DNA from: Octopus sinensis
Lineage: Eukaryota
Direction of reading: 5' to 3'
NCBI RefSeq assembly: GCF_006345805.1
Contig: NC_042997.1
Location: forward strand, 52,824,001 to 52,888,000
DNA length: 64,000 nt
Both the position numbers and the translations under genes were made by a program. Of this stretch, positions 38,990-51,810 are shown one piece after another. How positions within the stretch are numbered: position 1 is the first letter of the stretch; each line of letters starts with the position of its first letter. The notes below the pieces were generated by a model. It saw nothing but the letters and a program-made list of their open reading frames with translations. It searched no databases and was not told where the DNA came from.

Positions 38990-40010
38990 CAGTGTAATTC
39001 CTCTAAGACCATCATCCGAAATGCGAAGGATGTCTCCGTTCATCTGCAAGCCCTCATGCTCTAGCTATGGTTGATACTTCTGGGTCCCTGTGAAAAGGAT
39101 CTCTACCAACTTTTGCCACGACATTTGCTGCTCGCATTACGCTAAATTCCATACTGCACACCCAATGTAGACCTCAAAAGCTATTTATCCTTTTCCACTT
39201 CACCAGGCTCACCATCACGTACGCATGTGCTCTAAGTTCAGAAACAGCTCCGGTCGCTTCAAACAAACTAGGCTACAGATTTATCACTCAGAAATCACAA
39301 ATGCTGCTTTCATAGAACCAAATTTACCAGAGATAATTACGAGCCAATGCGGCTCCGCATGTGGTTTTGTTAGAACCAACTTCCAAAAATCACACTTGTA
39401 TCAAATTCTTTCGGTTTTAAAAAGTAAAAGCACATAGGATAATGTAATTCTAAGTAAATAACATTTTTAAAAATAGGTCGTCACAGCTGGAACACCATTG
39501 ATTTTTGTTTGCGCTAACAGACTTAGGAACAATTTTAGCTTCTCTAGTTTTTCGTCCAAATGAGATTTCTGGTTATAATGAGGCTTTTTCCATTTTCTCG
39601 AAACAACTTTTTCCAGGACTGGCTTCTACTTTCATCAAACTCTACAAACGTTTCTCTTTCTGTAGATATCTATGCTCTGCCCTCAAGAAAAACGGTCTAT
39701 CTGTCTATCATTCTCGTGACCTATAACATCTTGAGTCCCTTTCTCTACTCAGAGATCACGAATACGACTTCTACAAAGCCAAATTTACTGAAAATAGTCT
39801 GCTTTCAAACTTCACACACCCTTTGAGAACCTCGGCAGAAGCAATATTGCTGTTTTTTACGTCAGCAAATCTTTTGACTGTGACTAGTACGAGAATTTCA
39901 AGGCAAAGTTGCTTGCTAATGGAATCCTCTTGTCGCATCTCTTGGATCAGAAATTTCCTGTCAGACTTCTCTATTACGACAAAATTACACATTGCCGTCT
40001 CGTGATTCGG
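38990..40010 (+). pseudogene. Degenerate CR1/Jockey-group RT fragments
   Basis: 39530-40010 reads PNEISG...VSKSFDC..KLLANGI..SWIRNFLSD (cf. GPD.IS; DISKAFD..KL..YGI; WI.SFLSDR). 38990-39200 resembles the post-RT region. Confidence 0.5.
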
Positions 40011-41313
40011 TCATCATGTAGCCACTAAATAGATTCAATAAACCACTCTCGAACACAAATAATACAGCTAATAACACATTAGAAATGATATCATTCATAA
40101 AACTAGCAACACGAAACAGAATACGATAAGAAATATATAGATAGATATCGCTACGAAGCTTAGCGACTGTCCTGCCCGGTTATCCCAGCTATAACATCTT
40201 CATTCAAATTCGATCTCGACGACGATGGGGGAGGGGGCGGTAATAAACATAAAGTATTTTGTTGCAAAAATAATACGTACATCATAAGGGAAGACAAATA
40301 ACATTATAGCTATATCACAAACAATGCACCTGGACATACTTAAACAAGCTAACAACAAATCCCTAATCGTTATTTTCTTCTGAACACACCTTGACATCTC
40401 AATCAAATGGTACTCAGTTCCTCAACTTTCCTCCCATTACATGTTTATCATTTACACGGCATATTTGCACACTAATACACGAAACACTTTCACAATTATT
40501 TTTACAAGCCAAGTGGAACCACTTTCATTAGAAAACTGATTTAAGATGACAAGATATCAGCAACAACATACTGAATCAACTCATACACTGCCATGCATAC
40601 ACTCGATAAAATGATTTAAAAAGTCATCTCAATAGGTAATATATAAAACACAATTGAAATAGCCATCCTGATAAAAAAAATTAGAAGCAACGTCACAACG
40701 CAACACGGTAATATCAGAATCGGTAGAAACAAACTCAGCATCAAGAAACTAAATATGGAAATAAGAAAATAAGCCAAAGGAAAGCAGGAAACTAACAAAT
40801 ATGATAAATCACAAAACAAGCAGTAAAACGCTATAGAAACTAATTGGCCGTATCAATAATTCCAATAAAGGCCATAGCAAATATCGCAATAACAACTTTA
40901 AGTAAGATACATCTCAACAGCAAATACTTTTTACAAAATTAACACCCCACAACCGCCACTAGCACTAGCACCACACAAACACAGAAACTCAAAATGCGAG
41001 ATAAGTGCTTTTCATCTAATAGCAATCATGACCTCTTTTTATCCTCAGATATAAGAAAAGCTATTACGAAACTCTCAACCACCAACGCTCAGATTCTGAG
41101 GCAGAGTTTAGAGACTTCGTAATAGTTTCTGTGGTATCTAAGGAAATTACAAACGTTTAAAATCGTAGATTATGCATTCAGCTTCTCAACCTCAACTCCT
41201 GCTAAAACAAACTCCTGCAATTTTGGAATCAGGAAAAGTAGTGTCAGTTTTAAAACTCAACAAATACTTAGTATAACACTGTATCATATGAAAACCGCAG
41301 TATCACACAGAGC

Positions 41314-41462
41314 CAGGGCCAGCCCTAGGGTTGCTGAACTTCGGCGCGTACAAGCTGTCAGTCGTGGAAATTCCCTTGTCTTTGTCACGTCCTCCTTGGC
41401 GCCCCTTAGCATATGGCGCCCCGGGCAACTGCCCCAGTTGCCGGCACCTTATGCCGGCCCTG
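41314..41462. mobile_element. hAT-type MITE (149 bp, GC-rich) with 8-bp TSD
   Basis: TIRs cagggccagc / gccggccctg; TSD cacagagc at 41306-41313 and 41463-41470. Confidence 0.87.
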
Positions 41463-42329
41463 CACAGAGCCATCACGTTCATATACAGACTGCTGGATAC
41501 TATATTGAGTAGTATCATACAGAGCCATCCCACTCATAGGCAGACCGTAGTATGATACAAGGTAGTAATATCATTGAGTAGCATCACACAAAACAGTATG
41601 CTAGAAAAACTCATTTTCCTAGCTCAAACTCAGAATCTAATTCAAACTTTTATACTCAACAAATACACACACTATTTACAAACATTTCTCAAAATATATA
41701 TAACTGCGTCAACAATAAATAAAAAAAATACATAGACGCCATCCGAACCATCAACAACATTCAGCAAAACTGTGTACGCTTTACAAAACAACACAAATTA
41801 TTCTTGCTAACCTATTTTGCTCTCTCTATTGAGCGTCCTAACACACACACGCAGAATTTTTCCTCTCGAAATAACTTCTCTTAAAACGCCTTGTGTCTTT
41901 AATTGTCAACTCTCTATGGCTGTTCTTAAGACAGTTTTGCTATGTGGTGGTTATGTAGAACAGTGACTGCTGCTATTAAATGACTTTCTTTCTTTATAGT
42001 TTTTATCTATTGACAAAAGCAAAGCGGTAAGATGAAATGGCTTGTTCAGCTTGAAGGGATAACTATATCAAATATCGAATGTAAACGTTGACGCTGAAAC
42101 ATTATACTAGTATATGAAACACCTGGAATCATGAAACGGATACTAATTAGTATGCACATTCCAGGCCAGGCTGGGTTGTGACTTCCTCTTATTTAATTTT
42201 ATTTCACTCTTTCAGTCCATACAAACACTTTAGTAAAGTTTAATAGTCAGACCTAATGTTTGTGTTATACACATACACACACACGTGCGCGCACACACGC
42301 ATACATACTCTCTCACACACACACACACA

Positions 42330-43507
42330 CTGGGTTGGCTAAAAAGTCTGTTCAGTTTCTGTCGACAATAAAATTTCCAGCGTTCTAATATGTAACTTCA
42401 GCCTATCCCTTGTGCATGTACACTTGTTAGGTAGTTAGCGCTTCAACGTAGTTCCTCATGAACTTGCGACTAGAAAGATTGTATTTTGCGTGCTTGAGAA
42501 TGAAGAACTAAAACGAACATTATCAACAACTCATGTTTTTTTAATTTTTTAAAAAGCCAGAAAACGGTGGAAACCTACAAGAATATATGCGCTGATATAC
42601 GAAGGGGATGTTGTTTGTGAATCTGTATGCCAGAAGTAGGTTTCAAAATGTCGATCGGGAAACTTATCGGTTTAAGATACGCCTCGCTCTGGCCGGTCAG
42701 CTGAGATTAACAGAGACAACAACACTCGTTATACATCCAGGATGATCGCAGATATTCTTCAGATATCTACATCGGGTGTTGATAACTATCTTCATCAGCT
42801 TGGTTACATAAGCTGTCTCGATGTTTGGGTCCCACATCAATTGAATGAGGCTAACCTCGCCCAACAGTTTTCCATCTGCGAACCGTTACGGAAAAAAAAA
42901 GCAAACGATTCATTTTTTGAAGAGACTGATGACAGGGGACGAAAAATGGATCGTCGAAGCGCAAACGCTCATGTGGGAAGCGCGGCAAACCGATACAAAC
43001 AACCTCTAAAGGAGGGCTTCACCAGAAGAAGGTTATGCTTTCAATTTGGTAGGATTTGGTGCTGTTTTTTATGAGTTTCTTCACACGGTCAGGACCAAAA
43101 ATTCATTTCTGTGCTGTGACCAGCGAAACATAGGAAGCACAGCGCTCTACCAGCTGCGTCCACCACTTGCTAATTGTAAGGACACTACCATTCATCACGA
43201 CAATGGTAGGTTACAAACTTCTTTGTAGACGCACAGAAGTTAGAGGAGCTTGGCTTGGGACTTTTGCCGCATCCTCCATATTCACCCGATATTGTGCCTT
43301 CAGATTTTCACCTGTCACTGTCTCTGAAGAACTAAAAATTCACCTGGAAGAGATTCTCGCCAGTAAAGACAAGAAATTCTTCGAGCACAGAATAATGGAT
43401 CTGCCTATAAGATGGCAGAGGATACTGAACTGAAATGGTTATATCAGTTTCTGAATAAAACTTTTGCTTAACAAAAAAGAAGTGAACGTACTGTTTGGCC
43501 AACCCAG
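42330..43507 (+). mobile_element. Near full-length mariner element, decayed transposase
   Basis: TIRs ctgggttggctaaaaagtctgttca / tgaacgtactgtttggccaacccag|TA. Motifs PRSGR, WVPHQL, TGDEKW (shifted), HHDNGR, YSPDIVPSDF. Confidence 0.9.
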
Positions 43508-43514
43508 TATATAA

Positions 43515-43790
43515 ACACAGTCGTGGCTGTGTGGTAAAAAGTTTGCTTCCCAACCAGAGGGCTTGGGGATCAATTCCACTGCACTTATGCACTTATGATC
43601 GCTAGATCATGGGATCGATTCCCGGACCGGGCACCAAGTTGTGTTCTTGACCAAAACACTTTATATCACGCTGCTCTGCGATCTTTTCGACATCTGATGT
43701 GTGGTACACTTGTACACTTGTATAATCAATATCGATTTGATGGAAGGAGTCAGATAATGTACGACACATGCATTTGATACTATAAACAAA
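43515..43790 (+). mobile_element. Family A head fragment followed by a CORE-type SINE fragment
   Basis: gtggctgtgtggtaa...; gatcgattcccggaccggg...tgtgttcttgaccaaaacacttta. Confidence 0.55.
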
Positions 43791-43892
43791 TAATTTTTGC
43801 AAGTCTTTCAGCAACAACTGAACGCTCATACGTCGTCTTTGACGGGAGATTCCAACGCACACACACACACGCACACACACCCACACACACAG

Positions 43893-43961
<69 letters not shown>

Positions 43962-44193
43962 ATATATATATAAATCTATATATATATATGAGTGTGTGTG
44001 TTACTATTTCAATTGCTTACAGTTGTAAGCGTGTCAACCGTCATGCAAGCGTTGTCCTTCGTTTTCAGTTTTCCGAGACATATCTGATCTCGAGAAAATA
44101 TCTCTTTACATAAAAGCACTCGTCTGTAGAAACCTGCCGCAACAAATTCTGTCCGACCCATGCAAGCATGAAGAAGTAGACGTTAAGACGATA

Positions 44194-44253
<60 letters not shown>

Positions 44254-44266
44254 GTATGTATGTATG

Positions 44267-44319
<53 letters not shown>

Positions 44320-44324
<5 letters not shown>

Positions 44325-44712
44325 GATATTAGCCAACCGAATATGGCTAGGGACAGGGCAGGGTGGTGGGGGTGTCACTGTTGCATTTAGCCCCAGGCGA
44401 ACATCAACGTCACCAGATAGGCCTGACGCCATCACGGCGTCCTCTATTTTGCAAAGGGAGATTATTCACCAAGAAGCGGATACCACACACGGACCTAGGT
44501 TTCAAGGTGTATTGCCTATTTACACCTTGAAACCTAGGTCCGTGTGTGGTATCCGCTTCTTGGTGAATGATCTCCCTTTGCAAGATAGAGGACGCCGTGA
44601 TGGCATCAGGCCTATCTTGTGACGTTGATGTTCGCCTGGGGTTAAATGCAACAGTGACACCCCCACCACCCTTCCCTGTCCCTAGCCATATTCGGTTGGC
44701 TAATATCCCTTA
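44320..44712. repeat. Large palindrome: 192-bp arms, 9-nt loop, 6 mismatches, TA-flanked next to (TA)n
   Basis: 44320-44511 is the reverse complement of 44521-44712. Confidence 0.95.
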
Positions 44713-44760
44713 TATTATGGAGCAGTCACTGTCTATATCTCATTTAGAGAATTATTATTG

Positions 44761-44836
<76 letters not shown>

Positions 44837-45758
44837 CCGTAGTATTATCGCTAAGCAGTGTTTAGGCATGAGCAAAGTTTTGGTTAGTTAAAATATATTT
44901 GTCATATATTTCAACTACTAAAAGGCAAATTCACAGCAGCTACTGTGGGGAAAGATTCTCTCTTATACTAAAAAAAAAAGGTGTAAAAACATCATGCCTG
45001 TCCAGTGTCACCCTCTGTCAGGATTCCAACACATCGATATTTAAGCATATTTTGACTAAGCTAAACTTTGCTTATGCCTAAAGATTGCTTGCTACTAATA
45101 TTATGGTAATTTCCACGACCTCAGTGGTCTACTGGTGCAAATTAGTCAATGTTGTTGACTGTATTTTAGTTAAAGCTATAGCTCTAATAAGGACTATCCA
45201 CAGTTGCCTCTCTTAGGTATATCTCATTGATAACGGCTCAAGAACTAGAAACATATAATAATAATAAAGGTTACAATTTGTATCCTTTCTTAGTTTTAAA
45301 AAATGAAATAAGAATGGGAAAATCTACAAACCGCTCTGTGGACCATTTAATCCAATCCTTCTTTCCAATCCTGCAAATCACTGGAATTCTCTCTCCGCTT
45401 ACTTTCTCTCTGTAGACATATGGCGGCCTACAAATGATCAAGCTGGATAACAACCGAGTCAGTCTCACAGGTCAGAGAAATTTTACAATTATCATGAGCA
45501 CTGCCTCTGACTAGCTCATTTAAAATCCAAGGACGCGAAAATATTTTCCTAATCACATTTTCAGAAATACTATAGCTGTTCAGTGTACACATAAAATGTA
45601 GATCGTCTGCGCACGCGGGTGCATGCGTGGGTGCGAAGCATGGGCTGAGAGAGAAGATCGTAGAGAAATAATGAGACATTTCCCTTCTACATACATATAT
45701 GGAAATCTACCTACTCACCTTCCTACCTACCTACCTACCTACCTACCTACCTACCTAC

Positions 45759-45804
<46 letters not shown>

Positions 45805-45875
45805 GATATATATATATATAGATAGATATATGTGTGTATGTATGCATTTGAGCGTATACATCTGCGTGAGCATTT

Positions 45876-46013
45876 TGCGTATGCGCGTTTTCATATAACT
45901 TCCGGAATTAGGGAAAATGTCAGGTCTGTTGCTCCCATATTAAGCAGATAATAGTTTAAAGTTGGGAAAGTGTGTCTGTAGAGGCGGAAATGGGTGGAAT
46001 TGCTAAATGGCCG
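45876..46013. promoter_or_regulatory. Possible TATA-less promoter-like motif cluster
   Basis: tgcgtatgcgcg (NRF1-like), acttccgg (ETS), ggcggaaat and aaatggccg (YY1-like) within 140 bp. No downstream exon identified. Confidence 0.18.
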
Positions 46014-46718
46014 GTACCGACAACAGAAATAATTAGAGCGTAGATGTCTTGCTCGTGGGGAATGGTTGGTCTGTGGCAATATCTTTAGTTGTAAATTATC
46101 TTCTTTTTAAACTTCCTATAAAGAGTTCATTATTCTCGTGTTCGTATTAATGAATCACAAATGCATTCTCGCCATGATACGTCCAATGTGCATTAATGCA
46201 TTTAACAAATTCATCACGTTTTATTTCCAGTCACACTTCTATTTAAATATTCGACAAATTGGTTGTTTCTTTGGTTTTCTAACACTATAATATACATATA
46301 TATATATAACATCCAGATTTGAGCTTTCTGAAAACTGTCTAAAAATCGCATTTAGAGGTTTGTGTCGTGTTCTTAAGCAGTAAGAGCTGGCTAGCCTTTA
46401 AGGTATTATCTCATAATATGTTGTAAGTGTTGATTTATAGATTTTCAAATTATCTCCCTTCTTTTTTGAGCATTGCTAACAATTTCTGATAAGTTTATTT
46501 TCCTTCTCTTAGAGATACTATTCAGTCAATTAAATTCGTCATTCAGTACACCACAGCTACACTTATTTATTTAAATTCATATCATTGGCCCACCTTGGTC
46601 TTTTCTCTTAGCTCATTTCATTATTTTTTCCTATCTGTTTTTGTGGATATACCTGCCATCATACTAACACATACTCCCCTATATAGTTTTATGTAATATC
46701 TGCGCTCAAGATACACAC

Positions 46719-46774
<56 letters not shown>

Positions 46775-48351
46775 AACATATATAGATACATACATATATA
46801 GGTATATGTGTGTGTGTGTGTATTGAAATATATATATATGTATTAACATATTTATGTATGTATGTATGTATGTATGTATTTATGTATGTATGTATGAGTC
46901 CAAGCAATTTACTCTAACGCAGCTAGAACGCTGGGGACATAGATGTTCGGCATACTATAATTTATTGGAACAAACCATTTTGCTGTCGATAATGAAAATA
47001 AGACGAATTCAATTTCTTGCTGCCAGCCTAAAACAAATTGATTGTTAATGAGGTCCTCGATGGTAAGCCTTCGCTATTCAATTAGATATCTCATGCACAC
47101 TGTACAGGATTGGCAGGCCATCATCTCCATTACAAAATTTTATCAGAAAGACCGCCCTCCGAGCGGTTTTCTGCTAGCCCCTTGATTCTCAGTTCTAATA
47201 ATTTTAATATTTTACGTCTAATTATTTCTTTGTTTAATAGTGCTCACATGCTTAGTAAATATTGCTTTCATTATTTTATCATAGTCATAATCTCTCTTTT
47301 TGAAACAAACATCACGGTAGTCCATCTGTAAACTTTGTAACGTGTGTGTAAGAGAGGAGGGGAGAGAACATTGCAAACAATGAATGAAATAAACATGAAA
47401 TGAAAAAAATCGTATAAATAAAAGAGCATTACTACAGATGTATACGCCCCCAAATTTGTTGCCTCATAACATTCAGAAAACTGGATAATTTTTAACAAAG
47501 TTTTCTACAAATACCGCTTAAATGTTGTGGCTTCAGAATATATAGGGAGTTATGGGAAAGAATTTTTCCGAGGGGTGGAGAGAGGGGTTTCAGAAAATTC
47601 ACACAATCTGACTTTTTTCCCTCATAACTTTCAGGAAAATGGGTATCTTTAAATAAAAATGTATGCAAATCCCTTTCAAACTGCATAGATTATGATTATA
47701 AAGAAATTTGTGGGGAAAACCTTTTCGGGGATTTTCCCAATTTTTTTTTAAACCACAGTCTTCGAAATGGTGGGACAGGAGAAACATCTTTGTATGAAAA
47801 AGTTTTAAAAAACGTTTTTTTACACCTTTTCCTTCATCATCCCACTCCGGACCTATTTTGGTCAATTTTCTTTTGCACTTCAACACAATGGGAAAAGTAT
47901 TTTCGGTAAAAAGTTTTTTTAATTGTTAATATTTTTAGAGGGAAAAGTGAGTGATTTAAGGGCAATTTGACTGTTGTTTCTAGCAATCCAAAGACAACCC
48001 TCCTCGTTTCTTTATCACTCTCAATTATTGATGTTTTCATTACTTTTCCCCCATAAATACATTTATATGCTATGAAAAGGAAAATTTGAGAAATAATGAA
48101 TTTGTTTGCAACCCCACACCTTGCCCCCGATTGTTTCCGTTTAGAAATTAAAATATTGGAGAGCCTGAGGTCATTGCTGGTATTTATCCACAGTGATTTT
48201 TTTTTAATTACGGAGATGTACTTGCATAGCAAGTGACTTGATCTGAGATCGAGTACTGAAACAAAATGAATTGCAGTGTGAAAGATGTTTGTAAGCCATT
48301 CAAGAACACACAAAATCCGTTAGTTTCACTTCAACATTTAAATTTCATTTG

Positions 48352-48397
48352 TGTCAAAATATTTTCGTCGCTTTGAAACCGCAACCTGTTCACTGAC
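48352..48397 (-). ncRNA. Hammerhead variant candidate with G3-C8 core
   Basis: GUCA-GUGAACA-G-GUUGC(GGUUUCAAA)GCGAC-GAAA-AUAU-UU^UGAC; stem III AAUAUU is palindromic. Confidence 0.55.
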
Positions 48398-48430
48398 GAA
48401 ACTTCACAAAAGTGACGCAGCAGGAAGTTT

Positions 48431-48477
48431 TGTCAGTGAATAGGACGCGGTTTCAAAGCGACGAAAATATTTTGACA
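48431..48477 (+). ncRNA. Second, more decayed copy of the G3-C8 hammerhead variant
   Basis: UGUCA-GUGAAUA-G-GACGC(...)GCGAC-GAAA-AUAU-UU^UGACA; C8 has become U and stem II has one mismatch. Confidence 0.42.
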
Positions 48478-49439
48478 CAAATGAAATTTAAATGTTAAAG
48501 TGAAACTAACAGTTTTTGTGTACCCTTGAATGGCTTACAAACATCTTCCATGCTGCAATTATTGTTGATTTAAAAAAAGATAATTCATTTTAATAGCATA
48601 CTTTTCCGTTAGAAAATGTTTTTTCTTGCACACACACACACACACACACACACACGGCTTTGCTTGATTGAGGTGGGGGTAAAAATTTAGATCACAATTT
48701 ATTTTGTTGTTTTTCTTCCACCAATGGACCACGTATGTGTTATTTCGGGATCATCATTCCATAAAATGCGTTCAATGGGAGAAAAATATAAAAAACAAAC
48801 AAACATGTAAGAGTGAAAAGGGAGAGTGGTTTGGGTTATGCTAGTAACGACAGCGAAACCTCCTTTGAATTGTTCAACTTTTCTTCTGAATATACTTACA
48901 ATGTTTTTGTTTTTTTTACCGAAAAGGCTCCATGGAGGGAGTTAAAAAGGAAAATGGCCAAAATCGGTCCAGATAGTTATTGTAAGGCGTTTCAAACTGC
49001 CATAACAACAAAATCACTTTCAATCTTTTTTTACAAAAATTATACGGTATATTAAAAAAAAATTTCATTCAATAAATAATGTTTTTACATTAAGTATACA
49101 TTAATAGAATAAATTAATAAGCTGTCGGTTTTCCAAATAGCGAATTAAAACTTGAAATGAAAACATTAAAAGAGAAAGTGAGAGACTTTGCAAATAAAAA
49201 TGGAATACTCCGCTGTGAATGCAATGAATATTTAAATTTGAGAAGAATTGGACACAGTGAATGCATTGGATATTTTGCGAGAAATTGGAATTAAAAAATT
49301 CAATATGCTTGAGAAATCGAAATTATAGGATTTTTCTTCGAATATTCGTAGCAATTTCATGAGTAGTATCAAGAAGGTATTTCAACGAGTGTGACGCCAT
49401 CCGTATTATTAGGATTGTGTCTGTAATAGGTTTTTACGT

Positions 49440-51810
49440 AATAAGGTATCTCAAATGGAGACAAAGAGTTACGCTGCAGTAACGTGAAGACAAGGAGATA
49501 TGGATCCAAGTTTGCTGGAGCAATATGAAGTGGATTTCAAGGCAGAATTCGTTAAGAAGTACCAAGATAGGTTACAGAGGGAGGGGTCTAACATAAAGTT
49601 GAGCCCCCCTCCCCCCCGAAGAAGAAATGAAGGAGATTGAAAACAGAGATAGTATACAGAACGTTCTCGAGAAGCAAGAGAAGAATAGATATGGCAACAC
49701 AGGAAGAGGTGAAAAAGTGCCTTGAGGATATTAAGGATGTTATTACCTTTTATACAAGAGGTAGAAAGTACGGCACGGTGGTCGTCACTTTCGTCTCCAA
49801 AGAGGAGGCAAAGGAGTACTCCGCCGTGACGTTACATTCGGACGAGTGGACTCTCCTGTCTACACACCTGGGCAAGCGCGTTGCCAGGGTTAGGATATGC
49901 AGGATTCCGCCTGAGATTGAGCTCGAGTAGCTGATGGCAGGGGTCCTTGATGTGGGAGACGAGGGGGAGATGAGAGCATTAGCATCCTCCAGGTAACCCG
50001 GACCCAACAAATAAATTGGTTGGAGATGTTTTTGCGGGCCAACCAAACAGAATATGCTGGAATACCGGAGACAATAGAGCTACTCAATGGGGGTAAAATT
50101 GGAAGTAATATTGGAAGGAATGCTCCCTACTTACTATTCTTTCGGGAAGAGGGGACATATCAAAAAAAGGTGTCCCAAACAAGTGAAGGAGCTTGCAGAG
50201 ATGGAAGCACAGGAATGTGGAGTGGAAATGGAGCAAAAGACCTGAGACGCGGAACAGGATACAAATTTTAGAGGTAAAAACAAGAGAGATAGAGGAGGAA
50301 CACACTGCCAAAAGAGGAACTACAGCAAAAGAAACATAAGACACAGGAAGAAACAGACCCATTAAGACAAGCAACAACAAACAGAAGCAACGCGCCCATA
50401 GGTTCACCAAAAAGGAAAAACATCACAAGCAGAGCGGAATCACAAAGCAGACACACAGACACACAAAAACAGACATACAGACACACAGACACAAAAACAC
50501 ACAGACACACAAGATGCACAACAGGGTGAAAACATATAGAAACAAAATATATTTAGTAACATATTGCACAAATCAAAAAATCGAAAGAAAAATAACGAAA
50601 ATGAAAAATATTACAAGAGTAAAATTAACAAGGACATGAAGTGTATTTTGGTAAATAAAGAAAGGTATAGAACACTAAAAGAAGCATTTCTATTGAATGT
50701 GAATCCACTGGGGCCAGAGATGAGAAATTAACCCCGTATTCCGGTGGTAAATATGATGAGATAAATAAGGACATTAAGTGGTAAGTAAAAAATTATTGAG
50801 AATTAACTTATTAGAAAAAAAAACTTAAGGAACAATAAACGTTTTAAAAGGGGGAAGAAAGGAATTTTGTAGAAACATTTGAATTAATTGTAAAAACATA
50901 ATCATCCCAGAGTTAAGTTGCTAGCAGTCTGATTTGGGCCACATCTCCAGGTAGAAAATATCTGGGCTGATGTATCGAGTAAGGTGACCCTCATAGTCAA
51001 GACCTGGTCTTGGCGGTGGCTATCTTTGAAAGGATGTGTTTATCGCATCGGTCATCATTTACCGCCTAACCGTCGTTCCTTGCCCAGATTCGTGGTTGAG
51101 CAAGTTGGAGAGATAGATCTTTCGCCTCTTGTGGAAGGGCTCGACTCCATTTGTGAGGCGTTCTATCTACTGTCAAAATCCATTAAAGGGTGGACTAGGG
51201 ATGCCTTGGTTGTTGATGTGCAAACATGCGCTGAGATTGAGGCACCTCTGGATCCTCCTGGATAGTGAACGGGTGCGGTCTTCGCTTGCGAAACGGATGT
51301 TTCCCAGGTTCACTAGTTTTGGTGGACGGGAAAACTGGTTCTGTCGAAGATCGAGGTTGGGTATCTGGTTTATAGAGTGCCGTAAGGCCCTCCCACTGTT
51401 CCGTCGCTCAGGCAATGCCAACAGTTTTGGTACAACCGCATCACTTTATAGCAAGTTGGTAGAGTCTAGATGTCACGATACCTTAGAGGGGACCCTGGGC
51501 CTCGATACTGATCAGCTAGACAGTCTATTCCAACGGACACTCGGGCAGAAGAAACTGGATAACTTCCAAAGGTCTCTGGCCTGGCAATGTTACCGAGGAG
51601 CCTTACCCGTTCAGGATAAGCCCACAAGACACAGCCAACCCGGCCCATCGACCTGTCCAAGATGCGAGCAGGTGAGGGAAACCGTCCTGTACGCTATTGT
51701 TCAGTGTCCGGAAGTGTCAGAATTGTGGTCTTATGCAGAACACCTGTTGTCGGATACAAGAAGATTACAGCTGTCGTCTGAGTCAATTCTAAAAATTGAC
51801 CCGTAATATT
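49440..51810 (+). mobile_element. L1/Tx1-like element: degenerate ORF1 joined to the ORF2 C-terminal third (APE/RT absent)
   Basis: ORF1-like VVVTFVSKEEA..RVRICRIPPEI and a decayed knuckle (YYSFGKRGHIKKRCP). 50900-51810 is homologous to 20580-19740 (KTWSWRWLSLKG, LKGGLGMPWL, WQCYRGALPV, CPRC). Confidence 0.8.

Larger units (their letters stand above)
48269..48560. repeat. Palindrome: 137-bp arms, 18-nt loop, ~13 mismatches
   Basis: 48269-48405 vs 48424-48560. The left arm continues to ~48208 as the rest of a small repeat. Confidence 0.93.

Noticed and set aside
42926-42944. CTGATGA...GAAA hammerhead-like words
   Set aside because: Lies in mariner transposase codons (the TGDEKW region); no stems I-III.
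44600-44712. HDV-like ribozyme suggested by tagcca/tggcta hairpin and ggctaat
   Set aside because: Could not place P1, P3/L3 or P1.1 in the required order.
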